A DNA stretch of 35,710 nucleotides from Lama guanicoe (Eukaryota), in assembly GCA_013239625.1 (NCBI GenBank), contig MU053379.1:5578659-5614368 (forward strand), in the 5' to 3' direction. The notes under the pieces were generated by a model. It worked only from the letters and a program-made list of their open reading frames with translations. It was not told the DNA's origin and searched no databases. Within the stretch, counting starts at the first letter, position 1, and each line of letters opens with the position of its first letter. A program made the position numbers and the translations under genes. Below are positions 1 to 12,700 of the stretch, piece after piece.

Positions 1-551
1 ATCCAGTGTTTAAGGCACGGTGTCCTAGGTCAGGCTCCCCACACCTCAGGGATCTGAGGTGGGGCCCCGTGTAAGTGATCTGTTGAAGGGATGCACCCAT
101 GAGAGGCCAGTGACAAAGTGATGAAGAGACCTTAGGGTGTGGTTGTTGCTGAAACTTGGCCTCAGCCTGGCCAGTGGCAGGGCAGGGTGGGGGGCGGGCC
201 TGGGGGCATCGCAGAACCATCCTAGCTGGGGTTTAGGTGGCTGACTCCTTTTTTTTTTAACTTTTTTTATTGAGTCATAGTCATTTTACAATGTTGTGTC
301 AAATTCCAGTGTAGAGCACAATTTTTCAGTTATACATGAACATCCATATATTCATTGTCACTTTTTTTCGCTGTGAGCTACCACAAGATCTTGTATCTAT
401 TTCCCTGTGCTACACAGTATAATCTTGTTTATCTATTCTACATTTTGAAATCCCAGTCTGTCCCTTCTCACCCACAGCCCCCTTGGCAACCACAAGTTTG
501 TATTCTATGTCTATGAGTCTGTTTCTGTTTTGTATTTATTTATTTATTTTT

Positions 552-922
552 TTAAATTCCACATATGAGTGATCTCATATGGTATTTTTCTTTCTCTTTC
601 TGGCTGACTTCACTTAGAAATGACATTCTCTGGGATCATCCATGTTGCTGCAAATGGCGTTATGTTGTTGGTTTTTATGGCTGAGTAGTATTCCATTGTA
701 TAGATGCACCACCTCTTCTTTATCCAGTCACCTGTTGATGGACATTTAAGCTGTTTCCATGTCCTGGCTATTGTAAATAGTGCTGCTTTGAACATTGGGG
801 TGCAGGTGTCATTTTTGAAGTAGAGTTCCTTCTGGATATAAGCCCAGGAGCGGGATTCCTGGGTCATATGGTAAGTCTATTCCTATTCTTCTGAGGAATC
901 TCCATACTGTTTTCCACAGTGG
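552..922 (-). pseudogene. L1 ORF2 C-terminal remnant only
   Basis: Starts at PLWKTVWRFL; includes TCTPMFKAALFTIARTWKQLKCPS and MEYYSAIK; no EN or RT domain present. Confidence 0.85.
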
Positions 923-1066
923 CTTTCCTTACTTCCCTCTCCCATTCTTAATGATTTAGATGTCTTCTTTTACAATTCTGTGTTTATTCTATTTGGAATT
1001 CTTGGTAGTTATCACCTTTCCAGTTAAGAGTTTCTCATTTTTGTAGCATCCTGCTGCTTTTCTGTT

Positions 1067-1964
1067 TATAGTAGACCTGTCAGTATTTATTTTAGCATGG
1101 GCTTAATGTTGCCAAACTCTTAGTTTTTGCTTGTCTGTGAAGTTCTTTATCTCTCCTATTCTAAAGGATAGCCTTGCTGGATAGAGTATCCTAGGCTGCA
1201 TCTTTTTTTCATTCAGGACTTTGAATATATCTTGCCACTCCCTTCTGGCCTGTAGTGTTTGTGCAGAGAAATCAGCTGAGAGCCTTATGGGGGTTCCCTT
1301 GTAACTCACTCTTTGTTTTTCTCTTGCTGCCTTTAGGATCATTTCTTTATCTTTGACTCTGGCCATCTTGATTATGATATGTCTTGGTGTGGGTCTGTTT
1401 GGGTTCTTCCTGTTTGGGACCCTCTGAGCTTCCTGTGCTTGGATATCTGATTCTTTCTTTAGGTTTGGGAAGTTTTCAGTCATGATTTCTTCAAATACCT
1501 TTTCAATCCCCTTTGTTCTTTCTTCCCCTTCTGGAACCCCTATTATGCATAGATTGGCACACTTTATATTATCCCATAGGTCCCTTATATTGTTTTCATT
1601 GTTTTTTATTTGTTTTTCTCTCAGCTGTTCTGATTGGGTGCTTTCTGTTGTCCTGTCTTCTAGGTCACTTATTCGTTCCTCTGCATTATCTAGCCTGCTT
1701 TGTACAGCCTTTAGGTCAGCTCTCATCTCAACAAATGAGTTTACTAATTCTACTTGGTTCTCCTTTATAGCTTCTATTTCATTTTTGACATATTTTATAT
1801 CTCTAAACACTATTTCTTTTAGTTCCTTAAGTACTTTGATCACTCCTTTTTTTGAAATCTTGATCTAGTAGGCCATCAGTGCCTATTTCCTTGATTGTGC
1901 TTTCATGGGATTTCTCTTGCTCTTTTAATTGGGAGTGGTTCCTCTGCTTCTTCATATTGCTCAT
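1067..1964 (-). pseudogene. L1 ORF1p (coiled coil, RRM, CTD), disrupted by frameshifts
   Basis: MSNMKKQRNHSQLKEQEK... from ATG at 1964; extra A in an A7 run near 1847-1853; then the 246-aa ORF with IIGVPEGEE, PRHIIIKM, IRLSADFS, YPARLSF; further lesion near 1120. Confidence 0.88.
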
Positions 1965-3579
1965 ATCTCTCTGGCACCAGTGGACGGGCGGGTCACTCCC
2001 CCTCCTGATGTCACAGTCAGATACTGCTCAGGGCGAGGCAGGTGGGCGGATTGTGCCCCCTCCCAGCGTGGTGATCAGGTGTTGTGTTCCTGCCAGGAAG
2101 GCAGGTGGCTGCCCCACCTCTCCTGGCGCCGGTCGCTCAGCTGCTCTGTGCAGCTGCCTACTCCACCTCTGGTCGGCACTCCGTGGACGGGCTCGGGGAA
2201 GACTGCAGAACATCCCCGCCCCTGCTCCATGCCAAATCTCAACTCCGTGTTTGTCTTGGCAGTGTAAGTTCTCTGAGATGCCAGGGCAGAAAGATCCTAT
2301 CTGCCTCGGGCTGTAAACAAGTCTCAGTCCTGCCTAGGAGGTTGCAGAGCCCCAGGTGCAGATTCAGGTCTCGGCCCCGCCCTGGCCTGGGCGCTGCGCA
2401 CAGGAGGATATGGCAGCTGTGGCTGCACCCCGCCTCTTTTCTTGTGAGAAGCTCCAGTAATGGCACCGCGGGTCTGAGGAGACAAAGGCTACAGTGTCCC
2501 TCCCTGCAGGGCACACCAGCCGTGTTGCTTTGCTTTTTTCACAATTTATGGGGGACCGAGGTTGTTCTGCTCTGTATCGCATCCCAGTCATGGTGCACAG
2601 CACCCTGCAGTCCCCTGGGGCTGCCTCAGTGCAGCTGCCCCAGTCCTCCACCCAGCTCAGGTGGCCTGTCCTAGTCTCCAGCTGCTGGTGTCTTGGGCTG
2701 GGTGTCGCAGGGAGCCTTTGTGCCCGTTTAACTTACTTCTGTTGGTCAAGGGGTTCTCGGGGTAGATCTGAGCCTCGGAGGCTCCCCCTCTATCCCATTG
2801 GCCTCTCCGTTGGAGGGGGGAGACCCAGCGAACAAGCGCTATTCCTCCTTTGCTGCTCCCTCCCCACGGGACCGGTCCCGCACTGTTTTGCTTTTTCTTT
2901 TTTCCTTTTCTCCTACCAGATTTTTGGCATCTTTGTCTTTCGAAGAGGGCGATGTTCTGTCGGAGTTCGACAGGTGCTCTGATTGGCTCAATGGGTCCAT
3001 AGATGTGAGTTTTGGTGTATCTGTGGGAGAGGGTGAGCTACAAGCGTCCTTCTGCTCCACCATCTTGCTTCTCAGGTGGCTGACTCCTGTGCCTCCCATT
3101 AGTCAGTTACTGGTGGGGGTCACCCTCTTGGCCCCAGGACAGGTTGTAACCTCCCAGGCTTTTCCCAGGGTCTCCTGTCACTGGAGGGCAGTTCTCCAGG
3201 GAGGGGTGTCACCAAGAGCACTTAGCAGCCAAACTAAGAGCAGCTGTAGCAGTGTCCACTGGAGGAGAGAAGGAGCACCCCCACCACTTCCTCCCAGCCC
3301 TGTGTCACAAAGGCCGAGAAGGAGAATGGCCACAGGAACAAGGATCAGGGGTCATATTGGAGAACGGGATTTGGCAGAAGGGAGGAAATGTGCAGAGATG
3401 GTCAGGCTTTTCTGATGCAGCCCTGCAAGTTGCAGAGTCTGGGGAGGAGGAGGACTGGTGCAGGACCTGGCAGGTGTGTGCAAGTGAGCATCCACCTGTT
3501 GAGGGGTCTGGGAAGTCTTGGGCTGCTCCTGGTGACCAGATCTCACACCTCACTCCTTAAAATTTGTTTTCATAAACAG

Positions 3580-3727
3580 AGATGAAAAAAGCCAGAAAAA
3601 GCCCAGAAAAATGGATCAGAGCCTAATCCATGATGCTGAATATGATCATCTGCTCAGGGTTCTTGAGAAGAACTTGGAGATTCCTCAGGACTGTACCTAT
3701 GCTGACCAGAAGGCAATAGACAATGAG
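3580..3727 (+). CDS. DDX60: DDX60 exon ([49 protein letters not shown])
   Basis: Acceptor cataaacAG (3578-3579), donor GTcagc at 3728; contains [18 protein letters not shown]. Confidence 0.88.
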
Positions 3728-6700
3728 GTCAGCCTGTGGGATGGAGGGAAATCATTTCACACCCCTGCCCTTGCGTCCCTGCTGCAGGTGGAGTGGAGTG
3801 CTCTAGCTCAGGGCGTCCTTTCCAGAACAGAGACTTCTGTGCGTGACCTGCTGGCTGTGCCTGACCCCTCGGGTCACTGAGTGGGTCTGAAGGAAGGGGC
3901 AGGATAGGGGTTATGGACGATTTTCTGCGTATTAACAGTGAAACTGGAAGTGGCTGCCCTTCCATTATTTCTTTCTGTGATGCTGTTTTTCTCAGCCTCA
4001 TGTCCAGACTCCTTCCTGTGTCACCTGCCTCACCTGAGAATTTCAGCACATGTGGTCCAGTACATTTCAAATACCATACACAGAATTTCTCATGAACAGA
4101 CTTTATGTAAAAGACACTGAAACCTCTGAAAGTGGGGTGCCATTTCTTCCTTCGCACATGTTTTAACGCACATGACGTGTGCCTTTGGTAATACAGATTA
4201 GTGGCAATAAAAGCAAGCCCAGCAATCAGAAGAAATCACGGCCCTTCTGGGTGAGCCTTTCTCACCTAATTTTTTTTTAATTAAAAAAATTTTTTTTTGT
4301 ATTTTCTAGGGGGGTAGGTAATTAGGTTATTTATTTATTTATTTAGAGGAGGTACTGGAGGTTGAACCCAGGGCCTCGTGCCTGCTGGGCATGTGTTGCA
4401 CCACGGAGCTGTGCTCTCCCCCGCTGTCTTGCCTTTTACCTGTGACCACGCTCCCACCCCTGCGTGTGCATTGTCGTGTCGTTCTTTGGGCACTTATGGT
4501 CTCCTCCTGTTTAACAGCAGTGCTTTAGTCACTGTTTTCATAGATCGTTGGCATCGCGTTGTGTGGGTAATAGTACCATGGAAGTGTCTTGCTTTTGGAT
4601 TTAAGATTTAGGGTGTTTTTTTTTTTTCCTTTTCTCTCTCATAAGCGATGTTTGTCTTGGTACATAAAAGTCTGCACACAAGTGGATTTCCCTCTTCGGG
4701 CATGGCTATTTTTAAGGCTCTCTGTGACCATGAAAGGTTAGCTGCTCTGCCTTCTTGGAGAAACAAACCTCTCTTCCCCCTGGGAAGCTCGGCAGGCAGA
4801 GCCAACCTCCCCAGGCAGGAGCAGCACTCTTCACCCCTGAGCTGGGGTGAGGCAGCGCCAGTTCTGCTCAGAGTCTGGATCACTTCCTGTAGTTCCTGTC
4901 ATTCTTTAAAATTTTCTTTACATGGAGAGTCAGCTTCAGTCACCACAGTTAGCCAAATTATTGTGTAGGATGCCTGTTACTTTTATTTCAACACTTTTTA
5001 TTCTGATTTAAATTAAAATTAGATACAAAATTATCAAAATCCCTAAAACTCTTGCTTCTTTTAGTCTTTGCAGATGGTGTTTGAACGAGTGAAATTCACA
5101 AGAAAAGGTGCAGAATTGAAGGCTTTGGCAGGAAGGGGGATTGGATATCACCACAGCTCTCTGAACGCCAAGGAAAAACAGTTAGTGGAGATTCTTTTTA
5201 GGAAAGGATTTATTAGGGTAGGTAAAGTTCTTCATTCTAAAAATTGAAACTGTGTCTGTATGAAGCTGAACACCCATAAAAAGTGAAAATAACCATTTTT
5301 TCTCATCTTTTTTTTCTTAACGACCCCCTAGTACCACTGCATAGTCCATCCCATTTCACTGAGGGAGGGGACTTGAAATTTACCATTCAGTTTCTCTCTT
5401 TTCATGAGGTTAAAATATCCCCTAAACAGGTACTTTTCCAAGTGTTTTCTACCATGAAATATACCTGCAGTGATCTTGGAGCAGTCCCTGCTTTTCGTTG
5501 ATAACATTTGGGGATTTTCTTGGCTGTTCACGTGATCTTGGCTGCAGATATCTGCTCATGGGCATGAAGGACATTCATGGTAGCTGTGGTCAGACCTTTG
5601 ATCTGGTCTTTTCTTTGGGTAGCAGCTGAAGTAAGAACAAGAATGTGCTGCACCCTCGGGGCTCGCTGCGCGTCTCGACCGACTTTGGGCACAGGGTCAT
5701 CCTGCATGCCCCGCGTCCATCCCTGATGTGGGTGGGAGGCAGAGTACCTCTCCCCACCCAGTGCTCACTACATTGTAGGGGGCTTGTTACACGCCCTGTG
5801 TCCGTCCCTGATGTGGACAGGAGGAAGGGCATCACTTACCACCCAGTGCTCCCTGTGTTGTAGGGGGCATGTCCTGTAAGGATGTGCGAGGATCATCTGG
5901 ATAAATTCACAGAAATGGTTTATATAATTTCCTGGTTAATTCAGACCTTGAGTAGTATTTTAAAGTAGACCCTAAGTTTTTCTAATAACCCACATTAATT
6001 TTTTGTATTATGTACATTGTGTGTGTGTGTGCGCACGTGCGTGTGCACGCGTGCACAGAGAGAGATTGATTCTGCTACTCTAGGTGGTATCCTTTAATCT
6101 TAATAACTAAATCTTGAGGAAAATCTGACACCCTAATTTAAGGGTAATTCTGTAATCTGGGAAAAAACCAAACTATATTGTTAACAACTTTGCTTGGTTT
6201 TTTCCTTGACTAATAACAAGTTACATACTTATTTTAAAAGTCAGTAACCAGAAAGAAAACTTTTCACATGATTATGAATTGAGTTAAAGCGGTGCATCTG
6301 TTTTGATCAGCACAAATAGTACCTGTTAACTGGTAGTTGCTCAGTTACCCTTAGTTTAATACATGGGAAACTGGATCATTCTGGAAAAGTGATAGTTTTG
6401 CTATTGAGAACACATTTTTAAAAAGATGTTTATGCTGGTTATAGTCTAAACGTAATGTTATTACTTTTCCCATTTGTGTTCTTATTGAAGTTTAAAAAAA
6501 AACAGTTCATAAGTGGTGTTTCATTTTGACAGATTATAGAGTTAAGGTTGAGAATAATTAGAGAAACATGAACCTTAGCCATGACTTCACGACAGTCAAT
6601 ATAAAGAGAAAGAGAGGACAATGAGACGTACCTAGTATTATATGAAAAAATCCACCTGAAAGTGGATTATTTAAGAAACATTAAATTTTGCTTTAGAATT

Positions 6701-9700
6701 TTTGTGTCAGTTATTATGGCAATTCAGGAGGAAAACTGAAACATTGTTTTGCTCATATTACTTAGATGTGTGATTTTCATAGAGATAAGCTTCACTAATG
6801 TCACAGTGGGTGAAGCATTTAAAAAGATGTTTATGCTGGTTATAGTCTAAACGTAATGTTATTACTTTTCCCATTTGTGTTCTTATTGAAGTTTAAAAAA
6901 AAACAGTTCATAAGTGGTGTTTCATTTTGACAGATTATAGAGTTAAGGTTGAGAATAATTAGAGAAACATGAACCTTAGCCATGACTTCACGACAGTCAA
7001 TATAAAGAGAAAGAGAGGACAATGAGACGTACCTAGTATTATATGAAAAAATCCACCTGAAAGTGGATTATTTAAGAAACATTAAATTTTGCTTTAGAAT
7101 TTTTGTGTCAGTTATTATGGCAATTCAGGAGGAAAACTGAAACATTGTTTTGCTCATATTACTTAGATGTGTGATTTTCATAGAGATAAGCTTCACTAAT
7201 GTCACAGTGGGTGAAGCAGTCAGCTGCCCCCACATGGGTCTGTCAGAGGGTGGACGCCAGGTGAAGGGTTCCTTTCTGGTCATTCCCCTCTGCGTGTTCC
7301 CCAGTCACTGGCCGGGGCAGGCCCTCTGCTCTGGGGGACACACTGTGCTGGGCAGGGCTTAACCAGACTCACCTGTGGTCATGTCATTGACGCCACAGGG
7401 GGTCATGAGGACGGGTGGGTATTTGGGGTGTCATGCTCCAGAACTTTCTCTCTGGCGTGGAGTGGAGGTCCGGAGGAGCAGGGTGAACAGATACTTGGGA
7501 GAAGGGTGTTCTGGGCAGAGCTGAGTGGCGGAAGTGGCCTGGGTGGGTGCCCCAGAGGTGCTGTGACACCACGAGAATGCCCATGCACTCGTGTCTCTGT
7601 CCCTCTGGGGCCTCACTGAGTTGCAGGAGTTTCAGTTACTCTGTGGCCTCCACTGAAATGCTGTTTTATGAAGTAATTGTTCTATTCTCTTTCCAGGTGG
7701 TGACAGCTACGGGGACACTTGCCTTAGGAATCAACATGCCTTGTAAATCAGTGGTTTTTGCTCAAAACTCGGTCTATCTGGATGCTTTAAACTACAGACA
7801 GGTACTGCAGTGTGCATAAACTCAAATATGACTGCACTCTCAGACATGGCCAGAAAATAGTAAGAAACATGAGCCTTTAGTCTGTACTCATGCTGCATTG
7901 GTGGGCACAGTCATTTGAGCCCAACAGGCACTTTCAGCTGTGCTGTAGCTGGCAGCTCCTGAGCCTGGCATTCGGTGGCTGTTACCACCAGGTACGTGAC
8001 CTTGGGTGAGGTGTCTGCATGGCCTGGCCCCTCTGTCCTGTCTCCAGGACTGATAAATGCTGTCCCACAGCATTTGCAGGAGTTGAATGAAGCAGTTTTT
8101 AGGGAAGACATGAGTGGGAGCTGCTGGAGAAACACTCCCTCCCACTTCCGAATGTCCTTGCCTTTGTCTTTGCCCCACTTTGTTACTCTCCTCTAGAGGC
8201 CTGGACTTTTGCCTTGTAATCCCTGTTTCCACTGTCTTCCATCGTACAGGCGTGGCCTGTGGGATTAAAACACTGGTCCTGATTTTCAGTTCTCCCGAGC
8301 CCAGCACGCATGTGGTTTGTCCTCGCATGGTTTCCCTGCTCAGGGTCATCTGGTGACTGTTTCTGCTCCACATATCAGCCAGCACTAAAGATTGTATCCA
8401 GGCTCCCTTTCCTTCCTCTGTAAATGCGTTTCATTCCCCGATGGGGGCTGTTCGTACCTCATGTAACATCCGTATTTTTCCTGCATTTTACCAGCCCCAG
8501 TCCATTTGATTTCTCCTCCTGCTTCTGATCTGGGCATGAAGCCCCTCTGGTGTCATCTTTGGGGTCTCGCCTCTGGGTTCTGTGGCCGGGCATTCTGATG
8601 TTTCGGAGGATGAACTTGGGAGTCTGAGTGCCAGGCTTTGAGTCATGGTTGTCCTACGTCCTGGTGTTTGACTTCGGCGAGTTTATGATTTCCCCAAGCC
8701 CCAGTCACTGTGTTGTAACTAGGGTAACGACTGTTCACCTCCTGTGGCGGTTGCTGGGGGTCCGTATAAAAAGTGTAGAGGACTTAGCATGTGCCAAGCA
8801 CGTCTCAAGTGAGAACTCATATCACTTCTGCAGAGAGTTTGTTCTTAACTTGCTTTTCACAAGTGGTGTTTCTGAATTTCATCTCGCTGCTGTGTCTCCT
8901 TTGTCTGTGCAGTTTTGTGGTGATTTGTCACTCAGCCCATGTGTGTGTGAGGGAGAGTGGGAGAGGGGTGTGTAGAGGGGGGCAGGAAGTCTTGTACGTT
9001 CAGCTGTAAGTGGACATGAAACCAGGGTCCAGTCTTTTTCTTCTTCTTGCTGTTGTTTCTTCTGTGTGTCATTATGCAAGGAAGGAGCACAACATTGGGT
9101 GTGCAGTTGGAGCATGACAATGAGCAGTGCCCCGTTTTCTGCTCTGTCTCAGCCCTGGTGAGTTTCCTGAGTGCCTTCCACTGGGATTCTTGTTTCCATG
9201 TGGCGTGGCCGGACATCGCACAGTTGACTTGCTCTAGCCTGATGGAGAAGGCTCAGTTCTCACCCTGTGGTGGAGAAGATGTTTAGGAAAGGTTTAATTT
9301 GTGATTCTGCTCTGCTTCCAGATGTCTGGACGTGCTGGAAGACGAGGTCAGGACCTGATGGGGGATGTATACTTCTTTGATATTCCATTGCCCAAAATAG
9401 AGAAACTCATCAAGTCCAATGTTCCTGAACTACGGGGCCAGTTCCCACTCAGCATGTCCCTGGTCCTGAGACTCATGCTCCTGGCTTCCAAGGGTGATGA
9501 TCCAGAGGATGCGGAGGCCAAGGTAGGGGGGACGTTCTCTGATGTGGACACTCTGCTGCCTGCCCAGTCGCAGGGGGAGCTGCCTCTTCTCCCGCGTCTG
9601 TGGCAGTAGCTTCCTGGGGTCACCAGTCCTGACTGCTGGAGTGTCGTGAGTGGTGGAGGGTGGGCTGGTGGGGAGAGTGCAGTTAGTCCTGTTGTCTCCT

Positions 9701-12700
9701 GTGTCAGTCACAGAATTCACGGCCGGTGGGTATTTGGAGCTGACCCCGACCACTGTTTTCATGTGTGATGAGCTGCGTCCTGTAGGGGTTAGAAGCACTG
9801 CCCCTGAATTTAGAAAGATCTGGGCCACCTTCCTGTCACCACTGTTAGGGACAGCAAGATCCACTTTGATGATTTCATATTAAAGGAGTTTATTTTTCTT
9901 TAGAAAAGTAACCCAAGTTCATCAAGGAATATTTGGATCATGTACAAAGTTGAAGGAAGGAAAAAAGCTATACCTAGTTCTGCTATCCAAAAAGTCATAT
10001 TATCCCTTTGGTATTTTTTGCAGTCAAAGTTCTAGGCAGGTGTGAGTATTTGGTTTTAAACAAAGATACATTTATATTTAGTTGGACTTTAGAATATGGT
10101 TATAAATGCTTCCTGAAATTTTCTGCTCAGATGAATATTTTGAGCCCAGTCCCACGGTAAGAGATTTAAAATCCCCAGTTCAGCATTTGGTTTCACCCTT
10201 GTGAGGCTGCATCATGCTGGGACCCACTCCTCCCTGTTTGTGTACTGATTACCACACCCTCTAAATCGGGCTCTCTTTGCTGAGGTGAGGACACTCCAGG
10301 ACTTCTGTGACCATAGGCTCTTGTGTTACTGATGGTCCTACAGGGCAGGTGCATATCATTTTTGATCAAAACTTCCCCATTTTTGAGTTCTTATTTTTTA
10401 ACCTCTATATAGAAGAGAAACCTATATCTTCTTGCAAGCTTTTTAGTTTTTTTCAAGAAGGACATCAGAGTGGTTTATTTTCTTTGCCTTGGCATCTTTG
10501 GGAATATCTCTCTGCAGCCCTCACACACAGAGACTCAAGTGTAGGCATAAAATTCTTGGAATATTCACTTTATTTATTACATCAAACTAAGATTGCTTCT
10601 GTATCTCCTGCCATTTACTGTTACAGAGGAACAGACTTTCTTGGAATCTCCTCTAGAGGAATCATGCTAATTCCTGTTTTCTTGTCATTAATTTGTTTTT
10701 TTTTTCCTGCCTATGTAATTATATGAATTTTTAAATCTTTAAATTCTTTTCCCCAGGATTTTCTATTTTGTGGGTCCTTCTTGTTAATTTTGATTGATGT
10801 CTTCCTTATTATGTGATGAGAACTTTCAGTCTTCATGCTTAGATGTTTTTATTGGGGTTACATTCAGCTAGCATCAAGTTTGCTATCCTAACCATCTTTC
10901 AGTGTGCAATCCAGTGATGTTAGTAAGTACACATGCACTGTGCAGTGCTCCAGTCATTTTGGAACTAAGAAAAGGTTTCTTAAGTTAGATCTTTGATACT
11001 TCCCTCTGTTTTAATTTGTTGTTTCTTTTTCAGAGAAGTTATTTTAAGTAGAAAATCCTCGTCCTGTTCTCCACTGCTGTTTTTCTTCATTATGAGAGAA
11101 CACATGAATTTGCCTCCCACATCTCTGACACACTCTCAGAGTTTGAGTTCTGCTCCTTAGTGATGCCATGTGAATGTCAGTTCTGCTGCTGGACTTTTTG
11201 ATTCCCTGAGATTCTTCACCACTCTGTGCATCTCTCTCTCATTTCATAGTGATGCATTATTGTAAATGTCAGTGTAAATGGTGCACCTGCCTTTCGTGAT
11301 CGTGCTGCACACGAGCGTGGTGTGAATGAACGCACTCATCTCCACAGGTGCTGTCGGTGCTGAAGCACTCACTGCTTGCCTTCAAACAGCCGCGAGCCCT
11401 GGAGATGCTGAAACTCTACTTCCTGTTTTCACTGCAGTTCCTGGTGAAAGAGGTACGACTGTGCTTGTCTGTTCCTGAAACAGGACTGGTAGCTGGCTCT
11501 GATCCTCAACAGGCTGGGCTAGCTCCAGTCCCTACAGGTTATGTTCAGTGACTCACATTCCTTATGATTGATACACTTTTCAAGGTTGGGCCAGGTAATA
11601 ATTATTAATCTCTCTCATATGGGTATTAAGTACTATTTTAAAGTGGCATATAATAAGTTATCTATTAATTCATGTATGTGGTGAATGCAGTCAAACTGAT
11701 AAATGATTCTTGTTCTTTAGGGCTATGTAGACCGAGAAGGAAACCCCATGGGGTTTGCTGGACTTGTTTCACACTTGCACTATCACGAGCCTTCCAATCT
11801 TGTTTTCGTCAGTTTTCTGGTAAAGGGCCTTTTCCATAATCTCTGTCAGCCAACCAGGAGAGGTAAGCTTGGTATTTCATATGTGGTCTGAAAGCAGCAC
11901 CGGGCACTGTAGAGAAGCTAGCACGTTGGGAATATTGTTTCTACAAGGAAAATACAAGTAAACAGATAATTTAGATGCCAAATTAGATAAAATAAAGCGG
12001 TATATGCCTACTAATATAGATTATATAGGAGATAGCTACATTTTGTGGCAGCTATCAAAAAATGTCGAGTTACTAATTTTGGAGATTCCTTGACTCCAGG
12101 ATTCAGAACGTTTTAATACATGATTTTTTTGATAAATATCTTTTCTGACTAAATCTAATATATGCTCATGATAGAAGAAGGACAGGGAAAACCCTTATGT
12201 TAAAAATAATACTCACTGTTGATATTTGTGAATATTTTCTTTGAATAATTGTACAGTGTATTTAGACAGCTGATATCGTATCAGTTGCACAATCTAGCAT
12301 CTTGTTTTCCCCCTAAATATTTTTTTGGCAATATCACGTGCAAATTTTTGAATTCCACTTGCAATTTCTACCTAAAATTTCATTTAACATAGTTTTTATG
12401 AAAGCCTTTGATTTTTATAACTAAACCATAGATCTTTAAACAGTGTCTCCCAGAGAAATGTTTCCCTGTTTGTCCTTAAATCTGTTATAGTTTCTGATGC
12501 TGGTGATTTCAGTGCCTTCCACAGCATGACTTGACTTTATCTTCTGTTGTTAACTGGCAGGAATGATGTACCTTGCACAGTGTCACTAGGCTCTGAATGT
12601 GCAGTGTTCTGTGAATCAAGGATGCTCAGGAAATTCTGTCTCCCACAGGCTCTGTAGGAGGAGAAATAATTTCAGGCAGTAAGAAGTGTGGTTGTGTTTA

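Larger units (their letters stand above)
250..3073 (-). mobile_element. L1-derived retroelement (5'UTR + ORF1 + ORF2 C-terminal remnant + 3'UTR + polyA), ORF2 largely missing; HAL1-like
   Basis: 15-bp TSD AGGTGGCTGACTCCT at 235-249 and 3074-3088; T-run tail from 250; GC/CpG-rich 5'UTR starting GAGAAGCAAGATGG on the minus strand; clear L1 ORF1p homology. Confidence 0.92.
22..3250. mobile_element. Old MaLR (MLT1-like) LTR split by the L1-derived insertion (pieces ~22-249 and ~3074-3250)
   Basis: Recalled resemblance to MLT1-type motifs (tgtcctaggtcaggctcccc...; gggcagttctcc...ttagcagccaa); boundaries approximate. Confidence 0.4.

Noticed and set aside
1879..3415. Long overlapping + strand ORFs (145-205 aa)
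   Set aside because: Antisense reads of a GC-rich L1 5'UTR and its flank; no recognisable domain.
4330..4422. tRNA-like A/B boxes
   Set aside because: SINE head with an A-rich tail and degenerate boxes, not a tRNA gene.
6439..7022. Two identical 60-aa minus-strand ORFs
   Set aside because: By-product of the 401-bp duplication in AT-rich intron sequence; no coding signature.
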